DNA of 63,143 nucleotides, the filler included, from Octopus bimaculoides (Eukaryota), in NCBI RefSeq assembly GCF_001194135.2. It is 9 parts of 9 records of this genome, joined end to end, with 100 filler letters (N's around TTAATTAATTAA, not from the genome) between each part and the next. Parts side by side here need not be neighbours in the genome. Positions count along the whole stretch, not along the records: positions 19,998 to 35,278 come from NC_068982.1; positions 35,379 to 38,515 come from NC_068993.1; positions 38,616 to 43,393 come from NW_026414634.1; 6 more parts are not named here. One strand, written 5' to 3'. A program made the translations under genes and the position numbers. Positions 28,587-42,714 of this stretch are shown here, piece by piece (positions within the stretch are counted from its first letter, which is position 1; every line of letters begins with the position of its first letter). The notes beneath the pieces were generated by a model. The model was given only the letters and a program-made list of their open reading frames with translations, made no database searches and was not told where the DNA came from.

Positions 28587-29371
28587 AATGATAATAGATA
28601 AAATATATACACTCACATACATACATCTCTAGATAAGCACACTTGCTATCTAGAATTTATTTGAAGATAAACTTCCGATAACTGAAACACTTTTGTCCAT
28701 TTTCCTAATATCGGTTTTATTTTATGTGCTGAAAATATCACAGTAATGTTACTGTCGTATCTTCTAGCTTAACAGTCCAATATATANNNNNNNNNNNNNN
28801 NNNNNNNNNNNNNNNNNNNNNNNNNNNNNNNNNNNNNNNNNNNNNNNNNNNNNNNNNNNNNNNNNNNNNNNNNNNNNNNNACATGAAAATGTCGTTTCGT
28901 TTCTTTCATACCTCTTTATAGACCGTCAACAAAACAAAAGCTTTAGATAAGAATGGACATTAACGCACAGCCATTCCTTTTGTTTTCTCCAATAACAATT
29001 GCCGTTCCTTTTTCATCTACTTGGTGTACGGGAAGTGGACACAGCTAGTTTATATAAGAAAATAAATGGCTAGTTTAGTTGATTTTCAGTTTCATAAACA
29101 ATAGGTCTTTAAAAAATGTTTTCGCAAAATAATTCTTAATGCAGAAAGGGAGAAAATTTGATACTTAACATTAACTTATTTACATATTTTTGGATTTTGA
29201 TTCTTTTCCTTTTCCATAGTGGAGAAATGTATCACACATTTTTACCTGGCTGGAGTATCTACCAAAAAGTCACTTGTTCACGTACTGTCAGAGGTACTGC
29301 ATTGTGTGTCCAAGATGTTTGCGCTCCACCTGTTAGTAAAAAGATAGATCAAGGTGAAACACATCAAACGT

Positions 29372-29555
29372 CGGTCAAAATGCTTAACGGCATTTAATCT
29401 GCCTTTACGTTCTGAGATCAAATTCTGCCGAAGTCGACTTCGCCTTTCATCCTTTCGGGGGTCATAAACTAAGTAGCAGTTCAACACGAAGTCGATGTAA
29501 TCGACCTACTTACTCTCTCGAACTTGCTGGCCTTGTGCCAAAATTTTAAATCAAT
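29372..29555 (+). mobile_element. SINE family C
   Basis: GTTCTGAGATCAAATTCTGCCGAAGTCGACTTCGCCTTTCATCCTTTCGGGG. Confidence 0.8.
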
Positions 29556-30263
29556 ATTTAGCCTATGACAAAAAAATATTTTAACCATAATCGTCATGTC
29601 TTTTATTCATACACAATGTAATGTATAACTCATTTATATCATGTGTCCTTCCTTTTAAACATAGCATGCGTGATTTGATAGAGAATTGTCTGGTATTTCT
29701 TCATACATGCTGTGTGAACACAATTATTATTTAAGACTGAAATCCAAATCGTTATTATTGCATGTCATTCGCAGAGCCGATTAGATTTCTACTTAGACAT
29801 GCTTAATAATATATAATGACTATATTCCTTCGAAATAGCAACAAAATTAGTAATCACCCCACCGCTGTCAATACCTACACATATAGAGACAACACCATTC
29901 ATTTTGAACTTGTAACGAAACATTATTCTCATGAGATTGATAAAGAATGTTACAGAACAACTTCCTTATGAAGACAATTATTATTTAATGATCTATACAA
30001 CACTATTCAAACCTACAGGATGTATTAAGAACATGTAAATCTCTTTAGATTTTAAGCCTATTTCTTATGCTGAGTAATATTTGTAGTCATGAGCAGGTTA
30101 ATATACAAGTTATATAACATAAATTTCAAATCCATTATATGTGTCGTTTACTGCATATACCTGATTTATGGGAGCATATATCGGCGTAGGCCTCTCATTC
30201 TCTATTCTGACACTCTTTTATCATTCTTCCTCCTTTCTCTCACTCCTTTTGAAATATATCTAT

Positions 30264-30364
<101 letters not shown>

Positions 30365-32601
30365 NNNNNNNNNNNNNNNNNNNNNNNNNNNNNNNNNNNN
30401 NNNNNNNNNNNNNNNNNNNNNNNNNNNNNNNNNNNNNNNNNNNNNNNNNNNNNNNNNNNNNNNNNNNNNNNNNNNNNNNNNNNNNNNNNNNNNNNNNNNN
30501 NNNNNNNNNNNNNNNNNNNNNNNNNNNNNNNNNNNNNNNNNNNNNNNNNNNNNNNNNNNNNNNNNNNNNNNNNNNNNNNNNNNNNNNNNNNNNNNNNNNN
30601 NNNNNNNNNNNNNNNNNNNNNNNNNNNNNNNNNNNNNNNNNNNNNNNNNNNNNNNNNNNNNNNNNNNNNNNNNNNNNNNNNNNNNNNNNNNNNNNNNNNN
30701 NNNNNNNNNNNNNNNNNNNNNNNNNNNNNNNNNNNNNNNNNNNNNNNNNNNNNNNNNNNNNNNNNNNNNNNNNNNNNNNNNNNNNNNNNNNNNNNNNNNN
30801 NNNNNNNNNNNNNNNNNNNNNNNNNNNNNNNNNNNNNNNNNNNNNNNNNNNNNNNNNNNNNNNNNNNNNNNNNNNNNNNNNNNNNNNNNNNNNNNNNNNN
30901 NNNNNNNNNNNNNNNNNNNNNNNNNNNNNNNNNNNNNNNNNNNNNNNNNNNNNNNNNNNNNNNNNNNNNNNNNNNNNNNNNNNNNNNNNNNNNNNNNNNN
31001 NNNNNNNNNNNNNNNNNNNNNNNNNNNNNNNNNNNNNNNNNNNNNNGGGGGAGAGAGACAGAGAGGGAGAGAGGGAGAGAGGGAGAGAGACAGAGAGGGA
31101 GAGAGGGAGAGAGGGAGAGGGAGAGGGAAAGAGGTGTAGATATGCATATCAATATTCATATTCATATTAATATATGAATGGATGTGTTTGTGCGAGTGTG
31201 TGTGTGCATGTGTGTGTGCCTGCATTTAGACCGATTCTACATTTGACATGGAAACTGACTAATATTTTTCTCGTGGATCATTGATGACAAGTTTCAATCA
31301 GTCTCCATAAATTCCATAAAACATTTCCAGTATCCATTCGGAAGAAAAAGAAACCAAATCAATGGAAATCAAGATTGAGTTTTGTAGCCTCATTAATCAT
31401 TCATGCAAGGATTCTTCGTAAATGTTTCCACATTTCCAGAAATTTTGTTTGCTGTTTTTTAGTCTTATTATTATTGACGCATTGTTCATTTAGAAATGAC
31501 TTTCTCTCTGTCGCTTGCGCATTTTCAGTCAACATCTCATTGCACAGGTGTGACTCATCTGCTACCTTTTTTGCCGTTCTAATGAAGATGTTACTATCCC
31601 AAATAAACCGAAGTTTGCCTGTTTTTGTTTTTCCTTTTCTAATTTTTATCTTAATGTTTTATGTGGTATATTTTTATAATTCTGTGGCGCATGATATTTT
31701 CATTCGCGTATTCAACAACCTGTAACATTTTGTAGTGGTATTTTTATGTTAAAATGAAAAATCTCAGAGGGAAACTGACATTCCTTCGTGGAGAAATGTG
31801 AATTACATGTGATGCAAAATAGATGGTTGTTCCATGGAGCATTTCAGACAAATGGTGAGTTTATAGGAAACAGCAACGGAATTTCAAATTGGCATTGCTA
31901 TACTATATAATGTGAATTATGCTGTTTAGATATTTGGTTACACAGCAGTGAGCAGTATGTGTTGTGTTGGGAGGTGATTTGGCATTTATGTGTATAAGTG
32001 AAGGTATGAAGAAAGCATTGGGCGTGTTAAGAAATTCTCTTAGGAATTCGATTTGGAAGTGTAATTATACAAGAAATCACTGGTGCCTGAAAGTTAAAGT
32101 TGCCGAATAAACATTCTGCTACGAATGCTGCTTTCTTGGAAATTTATCCGTTTAAAGCCAGTTTAGACGGCTGGAAATTAAAATAAATATAAATTATGCA
32201 TTTCCCATCATAATGCCAACTTGCATTCAGAATCATTAAAAAATACATAACAATTTAAAACTACCGAAAAAGAAATATAAAATTGTATATTTGAAACCTA
32301 ATTTACAAAGTAATAGAGTTCCGGAAAGATGAATTATTTCTTACATATTTTTTTCGGATTTTTTCCCGTGAAGAATATATGTACGCATTTTAGGAATTAG
32401 CTGTTTGACATCAATATAACATACGTTTACATCAACCCATACCCATCAACGTGTTTATAACATATATGGAAACAAAAACGGTAATATTTTATAGATTTAA
32501 GGACATATTTATATGCATGAAGTTAGAGTGAATTCGATAGTTGCAATAAGATTTTTGTAAATAAAATTTTATTTTATAGAGTGATTCACTACTTTTCTCT
32601 T

Positions 32602-32649
<48 letters not shown>

Positions 32650-34078
32650 TCTTTCTCCCTCAATCTCTCTCTCTCTCTCTCTCTCAGTCACACGTTCTCT
32701 CTCTCTCTTTCTTTTCTCACTTTCTCTCGTCCTCTATCTCTAAGAACAAACTGTGAGAAAGTGAATGAAATTATTGTTGATCAAATGTACATGGTTCATG
32801 AAAAGTTTAATTTTCATACATCTCTATGGGTCTTTGTGAAGAAGATAAGAATATCTGAGCTTCGCAATTAATTTAAGCCTGTTTTACAGTTATAAGTTTT
32901 AATCACCTTTAGATGAATATTGCTGATTTCAGATCTTCAGGCATTTAATATTTGTGTTTATGTTTTTATAGTTTTAGTAAAGTAAGGTAAGCATAGAGGA
33001 ACTGAAACGTGTCATTCACCGGACTTGGATCGAACGTATATGTATATATATATATATATATATATNNNNNNNNNNNNNNNNNNNNNNNNNNNNNNNNNNN
33101 NNNNNNNNNNNNNNNNNNNNNNNNNNNNNNNNNNNNNNNNNNNNNNNNNNNNNNNNNNNNNNNNNNNNNNNNNNNNNNNNNNNNNNNNNNNNNNNNNNNN
33201 NNNNNNNNNNNNNNNNNNNNNNNNNNNNNNNNNNNNNNNNNNNNNNNNNNNNNNNNNNNNNNNNNNNNNNNNNNNNNNNNNNNNNNNNNNNNNNNNNNNN
33301 NNNNNNNNNNNNNNNNNNNNNNNNNNNNNNNNNNNNNNNNNNNNNNNNNNNNNNNNNNNNNNNNNNNNNNNNNNNNNNNNNNNNNNNNNNNNNNNNNNNN
33401 NNNNNNNNNNNNNNNNNNNNNNNNNNNNNNNNNNNNNNNNNNNNNNNNNNNNNNNNNNNNNNNNNNNNNNNNNNNNNNNNNNNNNNNNNNNNNNNNNNNN
33501 NNNNNNNNNNNNNNNNNNNNNNNNNNNNNNNNNNNNNNNNNNNNNNNNNNNNNNNNNNNNNNNNNNNNNNNNNNNNNNNNNNNNNNNNNNNNNNNNNNNN
33601 NNNNNNNNNNNNNNNNNNNNNNNNNNNNNNNNNNNNNNNNNNNNNNNNNNNNNNNNNNNNNNNNNNNNNNNNNNNNNNNNNNNATATATATATATATGTA
33701 TGTATATACAAGCTAAACCACGCATAGTAAAGCCGCTTGACAAAGATTGACCAGGAAGTCTGCTGTGCATGTGCACTAAATTTGGAGGAATAGTGCTTAT
33801 GAAGCGACTCCTTCATAGTCCCGGCTGCTAACGATTTGATTCGTCCTCGATTCCATTCAGGTATATGGTGTTGATGACTCATAAATACATTCCTGAATTG
33901 GATTGGAGGCACGTTGTCTTCTCTCTCTATGATTCTCATGTGTTTTAATACTCACCGAAGGAGTCGTCTCCCAAGCGCTATACCAGCGAAGGGGTGAACA
34001 AACAAAACACATACATTGAGTACTTGCAGTCAATAAACCTTACAACACTAGCGTTGTTTTAAATTTGTTACTGAATAC

Positions 34079-34126
<48 letters not shown>

Positions 34127-35026
34127 ATGGATATATGTGTGTGTGTGTGTAAATGAAAACAAGGGAAAGTGAAAGAGAAGGTAAGTAAGTAAGGGAGAGT
34201 GTTTGAGACTATATTCTCTAATGACTCGAGAGGCAATAATCATACATACATACATACATACATGCATACATACACACATACATACATACATGCCTACATA
34301 CATACATACATGCATACATACATACTTACATACATTCATAATATATGTAGGCATAAACATACAAGCGTTACACATCTTACGGAAATTGAGATTATGGACA
34401 TTCAAACGTAAAAAAGAAACTTCATTTCTATACTGTGAGTGAATAATCGCAAAAGTCAATCTGAAGATTTGTATTACGATGCTATTGTGATTAATGTTGC
34501 CATAGATATGCTATTTTTATTGTTGATGTACACTTTAGAAATGATAAAAATTCTGTACGTGATCTTTCCTCTGAACATTCCGGAACATAGCTAATTCCGT
34601 TAATTCGCTTAGTAAAACGTGGCATATAACAGAAAGACTATATAACACGCTCTTTATATTCTGAATTGTTTGAAGGTTATGTTAATTTTCCAAGTGAAAC
34701 CTCGAATGATAACATGATAGATTCTCTTTTTCTGCAACCAAATGTATAAGTATGAAAATAGACGTGACTCATCATATTCTATTTAATTAATAAGTAATCA
34801 CTAGCTTTTGCATCATACACATCCAGCAGGTTTATAAACACATATTAGTAGTTCATTTATTCTATTTTTAAAATCCTCATAAAGTACAATGTCCAAATTT
34901 TCACTTCGTTTCCTTTTGTGCAAAAAAAGTAAACATTAAACACATTACTCTCTCTCTCTATTTATCTCTCTGTCGATCTCTCTCTATCTATCTGTCAATC
35001 TATCTATCTATATATATATATATACT

Positions 35027-35225
35027 CTTTTACTCTTTTACTTGTTTCAGTCCTTTGACTGCGGCCATGCTGGAGCACCGCCTTTAGTCGAGCAAATCGA
35101 CCCCAGGACTTATTCTTTGGAAGCCTAGTACTTATTCTTTCGGTCTCTTTTTGCCGAACCGCTAAGTTACGGGGACATAAACACACCAGCATCGGTTGTC
35201 AAGCGATGTTGAGGGGACAAACACA
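35027..35225 (-). mobile_element. SINE family A, 3' half (young)
   Basis: GCGGCCATGCTGGAGCACCGCC...GCTAAGTTACGGGGACATAAACAC, close to 340-490. Confidence 0.85.
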
Positions 35226-35419
35226 GACATACAAACACATACACACACACATATATATATATATATATACATATATACNNNNNNNNNNNNNNNNNNNNNN
35301 NNNNNNNNNNNNNNNNNNNNNNTTAATTAATTAANNNNNNNNNNNNNNNNNNNNNNNNNNNNNNNNNNNNNNNNNNNNTATATATATATATATATATATG
35401 TATACATACACATATATAT

Positions 35420-35462
<43 letters not shown>

Positions 35463-35633
35463 TATATATATATATACATACATACATACATATATATATA
35501 CATACATATATATACATAGAAATACATACATACATATATATATATACATATATATACATACACACACACATATATATATATACATATACATACATGTATA
35601 TACATACATATATATACATACACACACATACAT

Positions 35634-35680
<47 letters not shown>

Positions 35681-37070
35681 CATACATACATACATATATA
35701 TATATATACATATACATGCACATACATACATGCATAAACGCATATATACACATATATATATATATACACATACACGTATATATATTTCTACACAGACATA
35801 TGTGTACACAAATGGTAGTAGTGTATGATGAAGTGATGCCGATTATGAATAGAAACAATATATCTAAAGGGATATATCTCAGAAGAGCACTCAGGTAATC
35901 CAAGTTAATCAAGATTTTCATTTTAGTAGATTACAGATGTGGGAGCCTACCATATGAGTATTACAGTAATTAACTTCTATTTGATTGTATAGTTTCTTTG
36001 TTTAAATGGTTTCATACTCTGTATTTGTAGTCATTCTATAGCCCTGAAGGTGTGCTCACTAGAAAGACAATACCTGGAAGAAGAGAAATTTTCTTATTGT
36101 ATATATTATAGATTAATTTTTATGAGAATATGCTTTATAGGCAAATGTTAGCTTTTTTTTTCTAACACAAAAGATTCAGCAGTGAAGGATGGTAGCAAGA
36201 ATTATTTTTTTCACTTGGCTAAGATCCACTTTTTATCAGCAAAAATATGTGCTAATCAAAACAAAAGGGTTACATAAAACTCTTTTCATTTTGTTCCTAG
36301 GGGAAAGAAATATTTTCATGTAGCTTGTTGAATAGGAATAAGTGAACTGAACTCGAAAGACTGATGAACAATGCATGGTTGGGAAACATTAAAAAAAACG
36401 TGTCAGTTTGCTGAGCAGCTGTCCCCAAAATATCAATGACTGCTATTAAATTTTCACTTGACTGGAGCATGTATTCTCTGTCCTAGGGTTTGGTAAATAC
36501 TAAATTAATTTAATTTCTTTTACCTCATTTTTCACAGAATGTGTTCTAGGATTTTTTAGAAATAATTTTTTGTTAATTTATCTTTGGAATATTGGTGTAT
36601 ATATATATATGTGTGTGTATGTGTGAGTTAAGTAAGAAACTGGAGAGTTTAAATGTATATAAATTAATTTATTAACATATTGTTGATTAAGCCTACTGTT
36701 TTAGTTTAAATTCCGAGAAACAGAAAAATAGCGTTCAGCCAACACATCGATATTTGCACCAATAACAAAAATCCAAGTTTCAGAATTTTTCCCCCTCTAT
36801 CAATTCAGAGATGATACAACCTGTAGCTAGAGAATTAGTAAAGACTCTCTCTTTATCACAAAATACAGACCCCTTCTGAATGCATCTACAACAAATGGCA
36901 TATCCACCACAACCTTAGAATAACACACACGCAAATATTAAAAGTGATAAACTCCAAAGAGATACACAAGGAATTATAAAAAATAAAAAATATTAAAAAA
37001 ACAGCCCCAATCATTGCTCACTCAACTAGTTACTATCACACTATCCCGCATTCTATTATTACTTTTAATA

Positions 37071-37240
37071 ATATACATAATTATAACAGGGGATCGGCTT
37101 TACACCTCACCATGCTCTATAAGAAATAGACGCTAAAGCCCCAATTACCTTATTTTAAGGTGGTAATAGGGGCTTTAGTGTCTATTTATTGCAGTGCATG
37201 TTGAGGCGTAAAGCTGATCCCTTGTTATAGTTATGTATAT
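37071..37240. repeat. Gap-free imperfect inverted repeat (79-bp arms), MITE-like foldback
   Basis: 37071-37149 versus the reverse complement of 37162-37240: 11 mismatches, no indels. Confidence 0.9.
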
Positions 37241-38209
37241 AATTATAAGATATTTTGTAAACTTTACCTATAGCGTTTTTATTTCTGCACTGACCACCTG
37301 GTGAAATTGTTATTGATTTTACACTTTTATTTTAATTAATATCTGAATAAATTTAATCCATGATCGAAATTGTATTTTCTGAGGTGACACGCCTCATTCT
37401 ATCTATATAATTCCAGTAGGCTGTAACAACTAGACTGAAACAGCTGTAAGTCATTATCCCATTTTCTGTCACTGGATGTCCATTTTTAATTACTGATATG
37501 ACATAATATGTGGCATGTGTTTGTATATTGTTCTTATTGTCCTTTCAGTAAACAAATAAACAGGTAAATTGACACAATACAATGTCTGCAAGTTGATGAA
37601 TACCACCTATTCCCCTCTATTTTCTTATTGCTATATCAATTAATGGTAAAATATCTTTTTACCCACGCCCATTTATTGCACTTGGTAATATAAAGAAGAA
37701 ACACTAGTGTAATAATAATTGGATATTCTTCTGGCAGTATATTGGATAGATATTATCCCTTAGTGAGTTGGACTCACAACACTTAACTTTTTTGGATATA
37801 TATATATGCAGAACTATACACGAATTGTCTTCGGCAACATACTGCAGTGAATCTTCCTCTAATTTAATTGGTAGAACTGTACGCATGTCAAATTTTATGA
37901 AGACAATTCATGTATAGTTCTGCAAATAATATTGATTCTAGAACAATTGTGCTGACGAACCACAGACGTTTTTATGTAAGTAAAAAAGTTGATAGCAAAA
38001 CCGGTACACGATTAATTCTTTATTTTGTATATTTTTCATTTTGTCTGACCCGCCTGTGCTCTGGTGTTTGCTGAATTTTTTTCTGGAGAACATTATTTTT
38101 CTTTGTGGTTGGGTCCTTGATGACCTCTTTCTAGCATATTGCATGTCCACTTAGTGGTCATCCCTTCTTATACGCGTGTAATATGTATATATATACATAT
38201 ACTTTACCA

Positions 38210-38515
38210 ATTGGAAATATGCTGTGCATGAGAAGACCAGGCAAGCCGAGTGAGACCTAAATCTAAGGCCTCAGCCAGTCCATTTATGCATACCTTCCTT
38301 CCTTCATTGGACACTAAACTCCACTTGCGAAGACCTGTTGAGGCAAGTGAAATCGAAATCAAGTTAAATTTGACGTCTGGCACCCATGCCAACGTCGTCT
38401 CCCTCATTGGGCACGAAACTCAGCTTGCAAAGACTTATTGGGACAAGCGAAAGCGAAATTGTGATGGCACCTGTGCCCAGCGTCGCCTTTCTGGCACTTG
38501 TGCCCATGGCATGTG
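38210..38515 (+). mobile_element. Probable RTE-clade LINE ORF end plus 3' UTR with diverged internal duplication
   Basis: WKYAVHEKTRQAE* then two units beginning TTGC(G/A)AAGAC...CAAG(T/C)GAAA(T/G)CGAAAT...GGCAC. The clade call is from recall. Confidence 0.5.
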
Positions 38516-38733
38516 NNNNNNNNNNNNNNNNNNNNNNNNNNNNNNNNNNNNNNNNNNNNTTAATTAATTAANNNNNNNNNNNNNNNNNNNNNNNNNNNNN
38601 NNNNNNNNNNNNNNNATATATACACATATATGCGTGTGTATGTTTGCATGTTTCTATACACATAGTTACATATATACATTATATAAATGTTTGTGTGTGC
38701 GTGTATATATGTGTGTATGTAAGTATGTATGTA

Positions 38734-39135
38734 GGCGCAGGCGTGGGTTTTTCTGGTAAGAGGCTTGCTTCTCAACCACATCTTTCCGGGTTCAGTCCCA
38801 CTGCGTGGCACCTTGGCGAGTGTCTTCTATTATAGCATTGAATCGACCAAAGCTTTCTGAGGGGATTTAGTAGACGGAAACTGGAAGGAGCCCGTTGTAT
38901 ATATGCGTGTATGCATGTGTGTATATATGCGTATATATGCATGTGTCCATGTACCTGTGTGTGAGAGAGAGGGGGAGAGAAAGAGAGAATGTGTATGTAT
39001 GTATTTCTATCTGTGTTTGCCTCCCACCACCGCTTGACATCCGGTGTTGGTGTGTTTATGCCCCATATCAAATGGCGGTTCGGCAAAAGTGATCGATAGA
39101 TTAAATAATCGAATAAATAAAAAAACTACTGGGGT
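38734..39135 (+). mobile_element. SINE family A, full length
   Basis: GGCGCAGGCGTGG head, GGTTCAGTCCCACTGCGTGGCACC, internal microsatellite, 3' body. Confidence 0.85.
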
Positions 39136-39197
39136 AAAAGTAGTGGAAAAAAAATGTCAATGTAGAAAATGCTAAAATAACTTTATAAAAAAACATT

Positions 39198-39236
39198 TCA
39201 GTACCGGTTTCGGTCATTGAGACTTTTTCAACTGTA
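39198..39236 (-). ncRNA. Minimal type I hammerhead-like motif, U3-A8 core variant
   Basis: CAG UUGAAAA A-GUC-UCAAU-GAC-C GAAA CCGG UA CUG. Confidence 0.6.
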
Positions 39237-40014
39237 AGAATGGAAAACAATTAAATTTTGGAAAAATTGTCTAATATTCAAATACAAGGGGCATTTTCCT
39301 TGTTTCTGCCTGTTTCTGTCTCTCTTGTGGCNNNNNNNNNNNNNNNNNNNNNNNNNNNNNNNNNNNNNNNNNNNNNNNNNNNNNNNNNNNNNNNNNNNNN
39401 NNNNNNNNNNNNNNNNNNNNNNNNNNNNNNNNNNNNNNNNNNNNNNNNNNNNNNNNNNNNNNNNNNNNNNNNNNNNNNNNNNNNNNNNNNNNNNNNNNNN
39501 NNNNNNNNNNNNNNNNNNNNNNNNNNNNNNNNNNNNNNNNNNNNNNNNNNNNNNNNNNNNNNNNNNNNNNNNNNNNNNNNNNNNNNNNNNNNNNNNNNNN
39601 NNNNNNNNNNNNNNNNNNNNNNNNNNNNNNNNNNNNNNNNNNNNNNNNNNNNNNNNNNNNNNNNNNNNNNNNNNNNNNNNNNNNNNNNNNNNNNNNNNNN
39701 NNNNNNNNNNNNNNNNNNNNNNNNNNNNNNNNNNNNNNNNNNNNNNNNNNNNNNNNNNNNNNNNNNNNNNNNNNNNNNNNNNNNNNNNNNNNNNNNNNNN
39801 NNNNNNNNNNNNNNNNNNNNNNNNNNNNNNNNNNNNNNNNNNNNNNNNNNNNNNNNNNNNNNNNNNNNNNNNNNNNNNNNNNNNNNNNNNNNNNNNNNNN
39901 NNNNNNNNNNNNNNNNNNNNNNNNNNNNNNNNNNNNNNNNNNNNNNNNNNNNNNNNNNNNNNNNNNNNNNNNNNNNNNNNNNNNNNNNNNCATACGTATG
40001 TATTCATATACAAG

Positions 40015-40052
<38 letters not shown>

Positions 40053-40144
40053 GTACATACGTACGAATATATGTTTATATTTATGTATGTATGCGAATTT
40101 ATTCTTGAAATGAAACTTATAGGTATTCATGAAATACTCACATG

Positions 40145-40184
<40 letters not shown>

Positions 40185-40210
40185 CATTTGCTCTGTTGAG
40201 TGGGTGTATA

Positions 40211-40245
<35 letters not shown>

Positions 40246-40725
40246 CAAATATTTGGTTGAAGCTGTTCACATTCGTCCTGTTTCTGCTAGTATGCAACGT
40301 TGTCGTTGCATCTTTGAAGGAATTCTAAATTGAAAGGGAAGGAACAGTTCCGTTCGTAACTTCCACCTTCCACCTTCCATCCACACAACCCGTACATGTG
40401 CCCCTTGTTTTATTCTTGTTCCACCCGCTAGCAGCATTAATAACCGTGTATTTTACACATTTTGCCAATGTCATTCGGTTCAAGTTTCCTGGAGCAGAGA
40501 GGCACTAGAAAGAATGGAGTCAGATTTTGGTGCAAAACAGTCAGGGAAACTGTTATGGCTCCATCACCATATGAGCGTGTGTCTTTGTGTATGTGTGTGT
40601 GTATGTGTGTGTGTGTGATAGAGAGAGTGAGAGAGAGAGAATTTGTGTGCGTGTGTATGTGTGTATGTGTGTGCATGTACATATATATATGTCAGATAGA
40701 TAGAATGTCTGTGCGTGTATATATA

Positions 40726-40759
<34 letters not shown>

Positions 40760-40821
40760 AATAGATAGATAGATAGATAGATAGATACGTACATGCATAC
40801 ATACATACATGCATATATACA

Positions 40822-40862
<41 letters not shown>

Positions 40863-40877
40863 CATACAAGCACAGAG

Positions 40878-40931
<54 letters not shown>

Positions 40932-41768
40932 CTGTGTGCGTGCATATGTGTATGTTTGGGTGTGGTTTTGTGTGTATGTGTGTGTTCGTGAATGTAAGTG
41001 GTTGTGCGCGTGAGCGCGTGCAATATGTGTGTCTTATTCATACGTTATTCATTACATGATGCATTATATATAACACACGCAAACTCGCACGCATGCATTT
41101 GTGTGTATGAATGCGTTTATTTGCGTACGTATATACGTAAATACACATACACACGCACAAACACGCACAGACACACACACGCACATATATACATATGCAT
41201 ATACACGTATAAGTCTGTGTGTGTGAGCGAGTATGTGAGTTTATTGCATGTGACAATGCATGTACGTGTATGTGTGTTTGTGTGTCTGCGCGAGCGCGCA
41301 TGCGTGCGTTTTATGATTACGTGTATGTACGTAAACGCAGGCACGGCCGTGCGGTTAAGAACGTAATTCAGAACCTATTTACTTCTAAGTTCGATCACGC
41401 AACTCGTCAATGTCTTGTAAAAGACGACATCCTGTTTTAAACTGGATTTATATGCCTGATATCAAAGATTGCTATCGGCTCAGGATTGGCCGGAGAACTA
41501 AGATTTCGTTCGAGCAACCTGGTTTTGGGTTCGCAGCTGACGCGTGGCTGCTTCAGCCAATAGCTTTGAAACTGTTTCTTGTAAGTAAAGTTTCGAGAAA
41601 AGACATAACAAAATCTGTGCAGCAGTAACTGCAGAAGCCGCTGAAGTGAATGAGAGTTACATGCAATCATACGTGCACCACCGCAAGCACCATCCATGCA
41701 GCCACATATATATGCATGTATATGTGTATGTATTTCTCTGTGTGTGTGTGCGTGTGTGTATGTGTGTA

Positions 41769-41817
<49 letters not shown>

Positions 41818-42600
41818 NNNNNNNNNNNNNNNNNNNNNNNNNNNNNNNNNNNNNNNNNNNNNNNNNNNNNNNNNNNNNNNNNNNNNNNNNNNNNNNNNNN
41901 NNNNNNNNNNNNNNNNNNNNNNNNNNNNNNNNNNNNNNNNNNNNNNNNNNNNNNNNNNNNNNNNNNNNNNNNNNNNNNNNNNNNNNNNNNNNNNNNNNNN
42001 NNNNNNNNNNNNNNNNNNNNNNNNNNNNNNNNNNNNNNNNNNNNNNNNNNNNNNNNNNNNNNNNNNNNNNNNNNNNNNNNNNNNNNNNNNNNNNNNNNNN
42101 NNNNNNNNNNNNNNNNNNNNNNNNNNNNNNNNNNNNNNNNNNNNNNNNNNNNNNNNNNNNNNNNNNNNNNNNNNNNNNNNNNNNNNNNNNNNNNNNNNNN
42201 NNNNNNNNNNNNNNNNNNNNNNNNNNNNNNNNNNNNNNNNNNNNNNNNNNNNNNNNNNNNNNNNNNNNNNNNNNNNNNNNNNNNNNNNNNNNNNNNNNNN
42301 NNNNNNNNNNNNNNNNNNNNNNNNNNNNNNNNNNNNNNNNNNNNNTATATATATATATATTAGGGATAAAAATACAAATTTACAGGTAAAAACTCAATTA
42401 AATTCAATTTAGTGAAAATTAAAATTAAATTAAGTTTCACAATAGAAAATATATAAATATATAGTTTTAGAGAAAAGAACCAAAGTTCATGAACTAATCC
42501 ATGAAAATCCACAGTCACATATAGAAAAATTAATAAGTAAAAGCACGATAAATAAGTATAATATAATACAAAATAAATATCATAAGATAAAGATAATAAA

Positions 42601-42714
42601 ACGACTACACGTGTTTCATAACCAAATTTTCAAATAGAAAATAAAAAATATTCAAATCGATTAAAGCGATCGAAAATCAATTCTATTCAAAAATATAGCT
42701 AAACTTCAGGTCAG
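42601..42714 (-). ncRNA. Degenerate type I hammerhead-like motif (A9 to U)
   Basis: UGAC CUGAAGU ... GAAA CACGUG UA GUCG; stem I of 4 bp, long weak stem II. Confidence 0.4.

Noticed and set aside
36360-36392. CTGATGAACAATGCATGGTTGGGAAAC
   Set aside because: A-G at the base of stem II; no stem III or stem I.
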